Positions 23,701 through 36,951 of a DNA stretch of 64,000 nt are shown here, one piece after another; the first letter of the stretch is position 1, and the number at the start of each line of letters is the position of its first letter. Under the pieces are notes generated by a model. That model made no database searches. It saw only the letters and a list, made by a program, of their open reading frames with translations, and was not told where the DNA came from. Made by a program: the position numbers and the translations under genes. The stretch covers positions 35,836,001 to 35,900,000 of the forward strand of contig CM060733.1 in assembly GCA_030704615.1 (NCBI GenBank). Reading direction: 5' to 3'. This DNA comes from Takakia lepidozioides. Taxonomy: Eukaryota; Plantae; Bryophyta.

Positions 23701-25576
23701 GCCTGCAAAATCTCTTCTCTCTTAGTCCACTCCGCATATGTCAACCCCAAAAAATTTCCAGCTTCCACATATACAGTTAGAGATTCTCCAATGCTCAGAT
23801 ATATATTTAAGTAGCACTTCAAAAGATGGCCGAGGATCTAAGTGATGGTTACATCACCTTCTGGTGAAGCACAAACTGGGACACTAGCCCCATTACCAGG
23901 CCTGCCTTCCAGAGTCGTCACTTCTCTCAAATGTCGAGTGTGCGCAAGCACATCAGCAGTATCTCCTTCTCTTTCTACCTCCTCAACTTCCACTACCTCA
24001 GCCACTCGCTGTGGATCTTGAGACAAGAAAGTTAATAAGGTTGTACCCTCAATACGAGGACTCGTATTTACCACCAAGCCTGTGTTCGGGAACCCTGTAC
24101 CTGCAGGGAGGAATGATCATCGTCACTGGTTGCCTATCCATTAAGAGCACTCCTTTCTACTCCTGCGGGTGCTATAAAGAACCATTTCATTTCATTTCAT
24201 TTCATTACTCCCTGCTGCTTCCCCAAGTTTTTCTGAGCACTTTGTGTATTTTTAAGGATTCGAGGGTTAGACAACTCACTTGAACCAAGTGCTGGAAAGA
24301 GGACAGTTCCATCCTGCACCCTCGGGCAGTCCTGTTCAGAAGCTGATCCTGTGACTGGATGTGGTGCGTCTTCTTCTTGGTTTCCAATACCAGTGCCTTC
24401 GTCTTCCATCTGCCCGATTGAGCATGCAGGCCCAGGCAAATTGCAGTGGTCGCTCGGGTCGAGGTCTGCTGTTTGACTGGCCAATTCTCGCTCTTGAGCT
24501 TCGATTTCATTGAAAAGATCACTAAATGGCTCTAGCGTGCAATCTAGTTCTTCCGTAGGCTGCTCTTGGCCGTCAACTTCTCGACTCTGTTGGATTTCCA
24601 CAGTCCCCTCTCCTCTCTCCGCAGCTGCAGAAGCTGGAGAGCAAATGATACCCACTTGTAAGGCATCACACAATTGCGAACACTGTACAGGGAATTCTTC
24701 GTGCGGTTCCACAGTTCCTGTCGCATCAGGAAATCCAAGCTGTTAATGAATGCAGGGCGACCTGCACCGTCAGTTGAAGAAAGCTAAAATCCCTTCTCTT
24801 GGTCATTCCTGATTGTTGGTGAAAGTAAGTCCCGAAAGCCAACCTCCCCATCTCTTGTCGATGGCTTGATTCATGGCTGAATAAGCACCACTCACAGATC
24901 TGTTGAAGGAGAATTACTAAATCAACTTATATTGAATTCAAATGAAAACCAAGTGTAGTGAAGTGAAAGCCATGCCTGGTTCTTGAACACCAGTGGAACT
25001 GCCCCCATCGTCCGCAAGTCTCACTACCTCCTCTTCTAGTGCAATCGGTACCTTCAACTTGGCATGCAGAATATTGTAGTTCGGGGGATTTTCTGTGACA
25101 CAGAGAGGAGTGGGTTGTTTCCCCTTTCCCCCTGACGGAGACCACTCCGAGCACCTCCGTGTATACTCCGAGCTTTCAACATGAAAGTGACGAGGGTCTT
25201 CGACGGCGAGATGAAAATCAGAACCCTCAATCGAACTGCGACACTCCCCGTCACACTGTGCCACTGTCCTGCCCACGGAATGGAAGGAAGAAGACTTCCC
25301 AAAATCCTCTTCCTGAGCACAGCTCGCACGTTCTAATGCCGGGCGAAGGATAGGGAGGGGGATGCCTGAAGAAGAAGCCCCTGAGACATGGGAAAGAGAT
25401 CTTGGGTCCTCGCCATTTGCGGCTGTTATGAATTTGATAGGCTGATCGACTCCGTGCGTTGAACCTGGAGCCTTCGCTGATGGTGCAGGAGAACGTTCCG
25501 AATGAAACCCATGGCGCCTGATGGAGAGGCGGAGGCGCTTAGAAGCGGGCTGTACAGAAGGGTCTCCTTCCTTCAT
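17709..25576 (-). CDS. RFWD3: RING finger and WD40-repeat E3 ubiquitin ligase (RFWD3-like), multi-exon
   Basis: The RING is split over three GT-AG exons: TCPICMEPWTSTGSHRI (~23570-23702), SLACGHLFGKSCIKRWL (~22632-22710) and CPHCNRRAKVEDLRNIYIP (~22156-22254). It follows a long acidic disordered N-terminus and precedes coiled-coil and WD40 exons (QNGSVLVFDVRQT; FAFGDEGSNSVWLWDL...LLGCISERTLQLY*). The start codon (MKEGDPS...) is tentative. Confidence 0.88.
21734..21792 (-). mobile_element. LINE family B 3' tail fragment in an RFWD3 intron
   Basis: GAATGAAATGAAATGGTACTT...GGGAAGCTCAAAGAGCTTA. Confidence 0.7.
22828..23365 (-). mobile_element. 5'-truncated LINE family B copy in an RFWD3 intron
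   Basis: ORF 22933-23232 is nearly identical to the 8193-9065 C-terminus and carries the family terminus and tail. Confidence 0.9.
23417..23475 (-). mobile_element. LINE family B 3' tail fragment
   Basis: GAAATGAAATGGACCTTTATAACGTCCGCGGGAAGCTCAAAGAGCTTATGGGAC. Confidence 0.8.
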
Positions 25577-26267
25577 TGTGAACCCTTTGCAAGCACAGGT
25601 TTGATGCCGACCATGTGCATGTGGGTGCTGTGCACATATCCAAGCTAAGCTTGCACACGCCCGCACAGAGATGCGAGAGAGAGAACAAGAAAGAGGACGT
25701 GCCAAGCTTTGAATTTTTGAACAAGAAATTGGTGGGAGTTCTCTGCAATGAAGAGTACAGCACGTTTTTTTGAAGGAAAAGGGAACGGAGCCCAGCTGGT
25801 CGAAAATGGTGAGCTCAGTTGGCGTTGGTGGCTACCACCTCAAAAAATGACAGAATTTTCATTGTTTTTATGTAATGGATTGCTAGGATGACTCTTGGTG
25901 CACAGATTCACCCATCTAAAGGATTCAAATGGGGCGGAATATCACTGAAGTATCGGGCCATCTCTCCATTGCTCCTGTTTTCCCTGATCCTTGTTTCCAA
26001 TCCACCATTGTAGCCATCCACTGCCTGCAAAAACTGTTGCTTTAACTTCAGTATGTTCTCTCTTTCTCCATCTGCTCGTGTGTACCCATCTAGTGCCTGT
26101 ACAACTACCTTGGTCCTGCACCTTTGCTTCATTCTCTCACTCAAGCTTCCCTCCTGTATGGGGCCATCCATGGGGACCTGTACAAAGAGCTGCTTTGATT
26201 TCTGTAGGACTTAGATTTCATTTGCAATCAAAGTTCTGGCCTGCATCATTGCTTCTTTCTCTCTCTT

Positions 26268-26720
26268 TCTTGAGGCCAAATTACCTTTCAGCATCCTTAT
26301 CTCCTTCCCTCCTGAGGGCATTGGGGCGGTTCAGGGTGGGGTCCCACAACCTACGGATAGAGACTGGAAGATGGGAAAACCTGCACCGAGAGGACCGCCT
26401 ATGTCCGGCTTGCATGGGGCGCAGGCGGGAAATTGAAACTGAAGAACACTTCTTCTACTGCCCTCTATACTACGAGATCCGTGGGAGATTCCACTGTCTA
26501 TTCAGTGGAACCCAATCTCTCACTGAAGTCTTCCACTATGAGGATCAGAAATGCTTGGCAGCTTACCTGCGCGAGGCCTTCACCCTTAGACAATCACTAG
26601 AACATTAGTTCTTATTCTTGGGTTCTGGTTTTGTTTCCTCTCATGTTTTTTCTTCCATTCTGTCCCATAAGCTCTATGAGCTTTCCGCAGACGTTATAAA
26701 GCACCATTTCATTTCATTTC
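26268..26720 (+). mobile_element. 5'-truncated LINE family B copy
   Basis: LRPNYLSASLSPSLLRALGRFRVGSHNLRIETGRW...RQSLEH* followed by the conserved terminus and CATTTCATTTCATTTC. Confidence 0.9.
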
Positions 26721-29056
26721 TCTCATCCCGTATCTGTACTGTACCCATCCCCCACATCTGCAAATGCGCCTCTAACTTTAATTGCACATTTGATTAACAG
26801 GTTTGTTCTGTTGTAGCAACTTTTGCCAAGCTTGTGAGTATCCCAGTTGGAACATTTTCACTGGTGAGCAACATGTCCCGGAGCTACGGAAGCACAGCAG
26901 TATTGACAAAGTGGCAGAGCTTGGAAAGTCGGGGACACGGATATCAAAATTATGGCAAGAGTTCTAAAATCCAAAAACAGCCTGTGCAACATTGAAATCT
27001 CTTCATGAAGGAACCGCAGATGAATACACCATCGAAACCAAACAACAGCCCCAAAATGTGTCAAATCTGCCATGGAAACTAAATTCTTAACCCCTAATTG
27101 CCCAAGCACTTTTCTCGCAACTTAGGCTACCTCCAGGCACCAAAAGGGCCATAACTTTGGGAAAACTAACAGCCCACAAAAATGATATATAGAATGTGAG
27201 GTACCTTGTCCTGCTACCAACTCAAAAAAGTTCGAGGTGGATCCACCGTAGAAGTCGGGAGATTATATGGAGCAGCTCTCCATGAGGATGAACCGGGCAC
27301 CTCTGCATTTGATGGTGAGAACAGGTTTAACTACTTATCTTAGATGAGAGCTCTTAACCACAGGCGCACTTCAGTGTAGTGTTATGGCCAATTACCTGCT
27401 CCTAATAGCAAAACCCCTACCAACAAAGGAAACTCCAAAGGTTCCTTCAGGAGTCAGAAGCGGCCCTGGAGAGAAAGGCAGCCAGCCAGAGCTTGGCAAC
27501 TTCAAAGATAGCCTCTCCATCTTCTCTCATCACATACCACGTTGAATGTACGGATGTAACCTGCAACATCCATACCAGGATGCATCAATATAATTGAGAG
27601 CTGAAGATGATGACAACAACTGACTGACTCTGACACTTCAGGAGTCTGCCAATAGAGTATAACACCAGCGTCACATCCAAGCGCAAAACTTGTTCTCATT
27701 TTTGCACCCAAAGACTTCCATGGTCTCATCTACCAAGGCTGCAATTTAGAGATTTAGCTTAAAAGCTATGTATGACCATTTGGATCACTCACCAGTAGCC
27801 CACTAGAACATTACTGGAAGAAACAGAAAGAAAATACCAGGCCTGATCTGTCCATTTCAAAGACTGACTCCCCAGAGAGATGTAACGCTCCACTAGACAC
27901 TGTGGGCCTGTTTGTCTCTGACTCTCCTGTTGTCCCATCCCCTCGACTGGACGAGAGAGGTAAAGCAGCATCCGGGCCTTCCGTCTCTATTCTCTTGCCA
28001 TCTGGTTCGATCTGAAGCTCTGCTCTACACTCTGGAGAATCTCCTGTGAGAGTTATGGTCCAGACAGCGTACACCCTGCGCTTGACTGCCTCAAGGACCA
28101 CAGAAAACAAAATTTAGGCTTGAAATGAGACTGCAGAAGCTACATACTCATATTTGCTGCCCCTTAATTTCTAATGTTAAATTTATTTCTTTGCTCACTC
28201 ATAACTAGTGACACTGAGCTGCCATAACGCAAGCATTGCAAGAGTATGCTGGTGGAATGTAACACTCCCAGAGGAACTGTGCAGACAGACAGGTCTTACA
28301 ACGATGTTGTGTCAAAGTCTCAGAGTAAACTTCATGCAGATCCACAGCCACCACAGCTTTGGTAAGAATTTTGAGCCACCACTCCAATCTGCAGTTACCA
28401 TCACATTAGTTAAACCGCAAACCTGAATTTGACCCTCATCCTGCCATTCTGGCTACTAAAATTCCCATGGCAGAACTATTGTCTTAATCCAACAAGGGAA
28501 ACATAGGAAATAAGTACAATAAGAAAAACAGCCGACATAGACTGTTTCCCACAGAATACTCCTTCAAAAACTGGTTGTGGGGTTTCAGTCAACCAGGCTA
28601 TAAGAGCCTCAAGCTCAAGCCACTGCTTTTGCAAAGAGCCAATGACAATCTGGTGGCAGGTGATTGAATGTTTCTGACTTACAACCTGAGATTGTCCTCA
28701 TACTCTGTATTCCTTTGACACGGTGGATTATGAAAGAAAAGGGAAGGGGAGGGACAGGCACACAAACCCATCAGTTCCCCGGAAGCAGATTAGGGGATTC
28801 TGGACCTCAACGGCACTACTAAAGAGAGGCACGGCAGCAATCACTTTCTCGAAGTCCAGGGAACCAGGCATCAACTCCTTCAGAGTGTAAAGCAGTGCCT
28901 CCACTTTGTCTCTCATATCCATGTCTGCATATCAACCAAAGAAGTTATCTAGAAAAAATAGGCACACCCAGACAAAGACCAGGACCTTTAGACAGTGCTT
29001 CCTGTGATTGAGAAGTGCAAATGATGCAGGAAGGAGTGAAGTCCAGCTGGTAGCCC

Positions 29057-29360
29057 CAAAAGGCAAAGTGGTCCATGCAGACATGATGGAAGCTGGTATC
29101 ATACCAAACATTGTTCTGAACACTATGCTCGTGGACATGCAAGAGCATCAAGGATGCAAAGGGAGTGCTCCACAACATGGCTGAACAAGTTGTGGTCACA
29201 TGGAATGTGATGATCACAGGATATGCCCAGCATAGTCGTACTAGGGAGGCCCTGCAACTATTTGAAGGAATGCAGGAAGCCTTGAAACCAGACAGTATCA
29301 CCTTTATATGTGCTCTGCTGGTAATGGATGAAGGCAGACACTATTTTGAGTTCCTCAGGT
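29057..29360 (+). pseudogene. PLS-class pentatricopeptide repeat (PPR) gene fragment
   Basis: Contains IPNIVLNTMLVDM, VVTWNVMITGYAQH..REALQLFEGMQ..LKPDSITFICAL and DEGRHYFE motifs, frameshifted and truncated. Confidence 0.8.
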
Positions 29361-31865
29361 AAGACCACACTCACACATCAAGGGCACATGGTGACCAGGG
29401 CACAACATACAGTGGATGGCAATGTGGTCACTCAGAATTCGGTAGATAGATAGAGAGGAGAGAGAAAAGTAGTGATAAGATAGGTATAAACCTGAGCATA
29501 AAGGTAGCAAAGAAAATGAAAGAGGCTTTATCCTGGGTACTACTAATGGTAGCCCTATGACAGTGGCATAGAGCAGGGTCGGCCGAAGTATATAAAGGGT
29601 TTCAAACACCCTCAGATGTGGATGGTGTTCTTTGGAGCCGAGCACATGCCCATTGAAAGCTGGCAACATTTGAATGCACCCAACACCCCACAATTGATGA
29701 AAGAATAAACAATTGAGAAGCACCTTCAGCAAGAATGGGTGGGGATGGCACATATTCAGTAGGGTCCTCGTCTCTTTCAGTAATAGTCAAATCCCCCAAG
29801 TATGGGTCCCATGATGACTCTGCCAGACAAATAATGAGGAACACTATCAATAAACACTCGTCCAGCGGTGTCCAGAAACATGGACATCGTTCACTCAAAT
29901 GCAATAAAACTTAAAAAAATTTAGGCAACAAAAAACTGCTCGCACTATGACACATTACTTTGGAACTCCCAGATGACGCAGTTTGAAGGGAACTGGACCT
30001 CCCACCTCCAAGCCTGCTGTTCCATTCTATGTCTCCTTCCTTCCCTCTACACTCAATATCATCCTGACTGTAGCTGATTTTGTCGTCGCGCTCTGTAAGT
30101 TGTGTCTGTACCAGAAGACAGTGAGTGCAACTTAATAAAAATGTAGCCTGAATACATTAGTGACATTAGGTTCTTGGCACATAAGTTCACAGCCTCTGTC
30201 ACGTGACAAGTTGGTGCGGCATTGAGGATAGCTGAAAGTACCTCTTCATCCTCCTCGCTTATGTAGCTGTTTTGTGTTTGGAACCCGAACTCAAATTCTG
30301 GAGGAGTGGAAGGGCCTGGCCACATCTTCATGAGGTCTGCCTTCTCTGGGGCTACCATATCTTTGTCGAAGAAGTCGCGCGCTGCAAGTAACTTCCTATC
30401 TTGCTTCCCTTCTGTCTCCTCTTCTGCATCATGCAGAATATGGAGCTCAATCCTACGGTTCGTCTGGCATAGTTCATAGGTGACCAGGGTGGGAGTTGGG
30501 CACTATTTGCTGCGTAGATCTTTGGCTTGTTGGATCTTTACATACAATACATCAATGTACCTGAAGACTAGACCCAGTAGAGGAAAAGAAAATTATATAT
30601 TTGCAGTAAAGAGTTCATTGTTGCTGCCATCCACTGATGTCCATGACAGACAGTAAACTCTTAACTCATATTTCAGAGGTAACAAAAGATCCAATGAGAA
30701 TGAAACATCGAAGGCGAAGAAGAACATTTGAAATTGGAAATTAAAAATTGAATCATGATGAAAGCAAAAATTGAAGAGATTGAAACCATCAAGAACATGG
30801 AATGGACTCAAGTTTCACTATAGCACTGTTGGACAAGGTGCCTGGAAACTTGAGACATCAAAACAGAAAGCAATTGCACGTGCGGTGGATTAATCAGAAC
30901 CATGATGGAGCGAGAGGAGGGAGAGATTAGCACAGGCAAGTGCACAACTAACCTGAACAACCAACCACAGTTCCTCTGGTGGCTTCCAAGTCGGAGGAGC
31001 ATCTTCGCACCCACCATCAGTGAACCAAACCAGATTTTCCCAAAGATTCAGTTTTCACTTCATTCGACTAGGTCTGTAACCCTCCTACTTCAACTACCAC
31101 ACCATTCTATGAACATGACTGTGGCAACAATGGCTGTTTCCGTGGAGGCAGAGTGCTAGGAGAGCTTTGGAGCTGAAATTATCATTTGTGTTCTGCGTAT
31201 TGGTATTACTCCAACATTATGCTGCTCTATCTCTTCTCTCATCTAGCCTAAGTCTTTATGTAAAGAGGACAACACTCCTACCAAATCCAGTGAGACAGAT
31301 ATGAGTAATGACCATTGCCTGTGAACTAGAGCTATGACTTCCCCTGCAGGTATAATCTTTATGCACTCCCAGGTCTGGATTTCTCCCCACTGCACATTTA
31401 TCATAGTGCTCACGATGACAGAAATCCCCTTACAAAGAGGGACAGTGGCACCCACCTGATATAAGTAGTGAGCAGGGGACCATCACTCCGAGGTCGATGT
31501 CGAGGAGTACGACACATAGTGCACCATCTTCTTCTCCAGAGCAGCCGTGATTGCCCAGCCCTCTCATGTTTGATAAACCTCCGATTCCGTCCTAATCTCA
31601 CCCCTGTTGAGAAATCACACCACTCAAGACAACATCCCACTCTAATCCTCTCCCTACAATCACCAGCTGCGCTGCTAAGACATCCACCAAGAGCAGGAGA
31701 CAGAGTGAACACAGGGCAGGGTTTAGATGTCGAGAGGAGCGACCTGCCTGATGTGGGCGTAAGTGATGGCAGAAAGCACTGCGCCCACCGTGCGGCCATA
31801 CTCCTGCTGTCCATCAGAAGAACATCACCCACACCACCCTCACTACATCAGACTGCACCTGATGT

Positions 31866-31866
<1 letters not shown>

Positions 31867-31900
<34 letters not shown>

Positions 31901-31915
31901 CATTTCATTTCATTT
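31867..31915 (+). repeat. (CT)n microsatellite followed by a bare LINE-B type CATTT tail
   Basis: About 16 CT units, then ACCATTTCATTTCATTT. Confidence 0.85.
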
Positions 31916-34243
31916 GTCATTGTATAACTCTGTCCAGAATAGCCCTTGTACGCAGGTGGCCAAAGTTAAGTCGGGATGGTATTGGACCGTCCCCTTCAAA
32001 GAAAATGAGCTCATTGTGCTCCATCCGCTCGTACAACCATGAAGTTTCGTGAAAAGAAGTTGCTGAATGCGAGGGAAAAAAAGTGAAGGGTATCAGATGG
32101 AGGGGGGATGGTGTCGTTACAGCCACTCTGCACTGGTTGATGTTGAATGTGAGCGCTACCTATTGTGGGAGGGACATTAATCACCAGGCACCCAACACTG
32201 TTGGACCCTTCTCTCAAGACTGTTTCTTCCCGGGCTCCTAACGTTTGCTGTTCCTAAACCTGCCCTGCAACCCTGCTCTTAGCAGTGGGTTTGATGGGTG
32301 GAGCACAAAAGTGCGTGGTACGAAACTGAAATGGTGCAGTAAAATGTGTGATTTTGATTTTGGTTTCTTCAAACAGTGAGTTGAGCTTGACCTTGGGTTT
32401 GATTCATCCTTGGAGAAGAATGAGATCTAAGTAATGAAGTGATGTGGCTTGGAGAAGAAAGAGAACGACAGACCCTTTACTGAGATGTTGTCTGGCTACA
32501 TTCTTTTCTGAAGGTAAAGAAGATCTTTCTCGTCTCATGTTCAACTGATCTGGTTTTAGAGGCAAGTAGAGGAATTTTGGTCTGGGTTGAAACACAAGTA
32601 GCGGAATTCTTAGTTGGGAGGAAGGTGAACTTCAGTTCTTCAAATTTTACTTGAATGATGTGATCGAATCCGATTTAGGTTGAGTAGCTATTTCAGCCTC
32701 AACCGCTACTTGCCAAATGGAACAACAGATGGGTACACTACAACTTCCACGAGGAAAACTGGCCCGCCTAGGTCTAGGTCGACCACTGTCTCCCAAAATA
32801 TAGATTCATATCTAAATAGTGGAACCATCGTATGAGTGAGACAACCCTAGCATCAGCTTATTCTTCGAGCTACACTACCTACTCCTCTCCGAAATCTTCC
32901 ACAGATGCTGAATCTACAGATGATCGATTGACTGACAGGAGAGATCGAAAACTTTCTATTAGATAAGAGAACCATCACTAAACTTAAGGCAGACCTGTCA
33001 TGTTATTTCTCTCCTGATAAGGTATAGCGGGATGAATCAGCTCAGCCTGATTTATCTCCAGTTAGATCAATCCACACTTCGATGATAAAGAGTCAGCTTC
33101 TGTTTCTTTTTCTGAAAAGGCAATGGAGGCCTGAAATGCGTAAGCTTCATCAGACAGAAACGTCCAAATGCTTTCGTACTTCGCTGGCCCGAGTTAGTCG
33201 CCCAAAACAGATGGTGACACTTCCATTTTTCACATATTTTGTTTGGTTTTCGTGTTTCTGGTCAATCTCACCACCGTTGAAAGTCGTCAATGCAGCCAAA
33301 CAAAATACCCTTCATCTCTACTCCCTTCTCCTTGTCTATAGCAGCTAAAAGCATGTCCTAGACAGACCCGTACCCCCTTGCACTACAGTACCCAACCAAA
33401 GAGCCCCGACCGTGACTGACACTTGACCTAAAAATCTGAGGCAACAGCACTATCACCCTCCTCTCCTGTCTAAAGTTTCCACAATCTAGCACCCCCAATG
33501 CCTGCAACCTTGAAAGCTGCGGTGGGGCCATGGGCTGAGCGACCACGCTGCAACTTGCAAGTACATATCATGCGCAAAGTTACAAGTTCCGACAGATTCC
33601 TGTCAATGTCAGACTTGAGCCGAAATTCTGTATGGAGTATGGAGCAGCTCAGCCGCCCTGCACATACAAAATTCCGTGCAGGACACCTTATTATGATTGC
33701 ATCGCAGTTTCAGCAACTACCAAACAGTACAGATTCAGCCTATACTCCGCAGCCCAGACGCGGCTCCACTTCCAATGATACCTGCTTTGGCACCGCCTTT
33801 CGTTCCAATACATAGCCTACATAGTCTATTGCTTTGGGCTTTTGTTTCCTCTGATTCTCTGAATGCCTGCTTATGAGACTTCAGGTAGCTCTTCGCTTTC
33901 CTCACCTCTTACCTGCATTCTCAAGCTTGCATCTCAGGGATTAAAGTTTGATAACCCAACTATTTGATATCAAGCCAAGTTCTGCAAAACTGCCATAAAA
34001 CCTGAACCTCAAGCCCACAATGCCCAGAACTCAGCCCAAGCCTTTCTCCCCTCTGACTTGTGCTGCAAAATTTCTCTTGCTAGTTTGGCACAAAACCAAT
34101 TCATTGAAGCTGGAAAATTTACAAGTGATGATGTGAGGAAAGCTGCAGTTTTCTTGTAAGGTAGCTGAAATCGGTTGGGTCTTGATGGATGAGATCATCA
34201 TGATCCTGGCCAACCAGAGGACCCTCCAGTAAGGAGTAAGGAC

Positions 34244-35946
34244 CAGTGTTGGGCGAGTATATTGATTTCAATATACCCTTAGGGTATACATAAATTACTT
34301 TTGTCAAATCACTTACCCTCCGGATATGGATAAAGTGAAATCTCAAAAAATTATTTACCCTCCGGTAATGGATAAATTAACCTTTCAGATTTCTAAATAA
34401 GCCCCCCAAGTTTCGGTGGGCCCGGTTCATTCTAGAGTGGTCCAGGAATTAAAAAGGGGGGCTAATCTAATAAGGCCCCGCGTATTAAGGAATGAAATGA
34501 AAGGGTCCCAGGATATATCTGCCAATAGTTTCCGCGTAAGTTAGGATACGGGCGTCAAGTGGTGGGAGTAGGATATATCTGCCAAAATATACCCTGCAGG
34601 CTGCGGGTATGAATAGTTTCCAGGTATGGATAGTTATTTTAATTAATATATAATTTAACGTTTTTTTTAAATTATGATGTTTTCCAATACAAAATAAAAG
34701 AACCAATCTATGGTAAAAGAGAAAATCGATGAGATATTGTATAGTATTTTGGTTTTAATTTCCAATACAAGAGGAATGAGGTTTGAGATTGAAAAAAATT
34801 ATGGGAGATCTGCGGCAAGAAAGTGGCCATCCATTTGCTGCCCACGAATGGTAGAGGGTTGAGCACAAAGTGCATATTCCCCGAATTCTCGAGGAATTTC
34901 CGAAAAATGAAATTGACGAAATTAATAATTATGCAAAACTAACACATAAAGAACAAGTAGCTACTAGCCCCTATACCTGATGAACATGTTACCATATAGG
35001 CGTGGCTTTTTCTCCATAAGAGGCCGGAGAGTGGGCGGTGAGGCTTCACCTCAACTTTAAGGTCCTTTCCCTTGCTTTAAATAATAATAATAATTCTCCC
35101 ATGGATAATTTCGCACTGCGAAATTCCGCCTTAGAAGCAATCACATTGTGGCTAAAATGATGAATATGTCATTTTTAAAGCCCCCACCCATTCCTTTTGG
35201 ATGTAGGATTTTTGGGTGATGGGATTTCTCAATGCAAAACCTACCGCTTGCTTAGTTTGTGCCCATATCACCAAATATTTCTCCCGCCACTACAAGTTCA
35301 GGGTTTTTGGCTACACTACTGAAGGTTTCGCCTTGCTGAATTGGCACAAATGCACAAGTCCTCTACACCCGCTTATGGTTTTAAGTTATTCCATTTTGAA
35401 AACATATAACTCCTATGACCGAGGTTTAAAAACATAAAACTCCCATGACCGTGGGTCGTGCTCACGCGAGCATGCACACGATGTGCTCACAGGATACCAA
35501 CCCCCGGCCGATAACATATTCATTCTAAGTATCCATACTCGTGAACTCAAAATTGCGCTAACATCTTTGGGTAACTAGATAGTAGATACAGAACCGTCGA
35601 CATGAAGGAGAAGTAGAAAATACTAAAACAAGAAATCGAGAAGAAACGATTTCCTGTCGATGGTGGCTATCCTAGCATAGCTACATTTACGAAAGGCCGC
35701 TCCACCATATCCTAATTCCTAACCCTTATATACCCTGCTTAGATATATCCTTTATTTGAACATGATATACCCTTCAGAAAAGTAGGGTATATTGGACGTC
35801 TTGATGCAGGGTAAATATAAGGATAAGGCTATATCATAAAAATATACCCTAATATAAGGGTATACATCCAAGTATCAGGTATATATCAATATACCTGATA
35901 TACCCCACGGGTATATCAGGGTAATCAACATACCCGCCCAACAGTA
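34244..35946. mobile_element. Non-autonomous hAT-type DNA transposon (element 1)
   Basis: Imperfect TIRs CAGTGTTGGGCGAGTAT / ATACCCGCCCAACAGTA, an exact 8-bp TSD GTAAGGAC (34236-34243, 35947-35954), many subterminal TACCC/GGGTA motifs, and no transposase ORF. Confidence 0.8.
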
Positions 35947-35954
35947 GTAAGGAC

Positions 35955-36654
35955 CAGTGTTGGTCTAGTATCTTGAATTGGAAATACCAGAAGGGTCCTG
36001 GTATGAAGTGCTGAATTTTCGGAAGGCATGTAGGTTTTCCAATAATGCAACCCCTGATTTTTTCAAGTATGAATCTGGTATGCATAGAGTGGTTTTTAAA
36101 AAAAAATCAATCCGGATATGAGCAATGGTATCTGAATGTCAATAACCTAGAAATATGAACTCGGATATGGTATTAAGAATATAAAATGGTACTAGTATTC
36201 AAATTCAAATTCAATATTGAAATGGCCATTTGAATATTCAAGAATACCACAAGGGAACCTGCTCATCTCATAGGATACCAACCCCCATACAATTATACAC
36301 TGAATCAGAATTGCTGCATCCATAGTGTCTCGCAAATGAAGATCAAAGTGTCATTGTTATACAAATAGCTAGTATATGCCCCTAGCCCTAAATCTCTACT
36401 CTACATTACAAAGTACATACCCCAGTGCATATTAACATGATACCCGAACAAACCTACAGCGATGAGTCAAGCTCTGGTAGGGGGCGGGGAAAGGAGAATC
36501 CTAACAGCCGCCTGTTAGGGTTTGGGCGGTCGCCAGGGAACTCGAGAACCTTCTGGTAGGGTACTGCAAATGTTTACAGGAATAGAGAACAGTAGGTTAG
36601 GTTAGGAGAAACCCGGGTTGATGCCTGGCGAACCCAGATACCAGACCAACACCG
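35955..36654. mobile_element. Non-autonomous hAT-type DNA transposon (element 2)
   Basis: TIRs CAGTGTTGGTCTAGTATC / GATACCAGACCAACACCG (16/18), flanked by GTAAGGAC (35947-35954) and GTAAGGAT (36655-36662). Confidence 0.8.
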
Positions 36655-36797
36655 GTAAGGATCCACTTGCCCCACTTGCCTGCATTCAATATCCTGCCGG
36701 AGCTCTCCCGGGCCTCAGCATTGAGGAGAAGAAGAAGAAGACTCCTCCGGCTGAAAGCCCCACATACTTTAAGTGATAAGAAAATGACACGAGCTAC

Positions 36798-36951
36798 TTC
36801 ACCTTGCGACTATTGCCCCTTTTCGGGCTAACAAAATGAGTGTGTAAGCCCTCCAAACATAACACTAGGTACTCTGGCAGAAACCGGCATAACTAATTAA
36901 AGCCATTTCGCCTTGCGACTGTTGCCTCTTTGCCAGGCTAACAAAATGAAT
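36798..36951 (+). repeat. Pair of ~45-bp direct repeats upstream of CHK copy B
   Basis: TTCACCTTGCGACTATTGCCCC...GGCTAACAAAATGAGTG and TTCGCCTTGCGACTGTTGCCTC...GGCTAACAAAATGAATG. Confidence 0.7.

Noticed and set aside
25991-26608. 205-aa ORF as a host gene
   Set aside because: A chance fusion of flanking sequence to a LINE-B C-terminal fragment.
31410-32052. Overlapping 140- and 194-aa ORFs
   Set aside because: No domain similarity, and the longer ORF reads through a (CT)n microsatellite; likely spurious.
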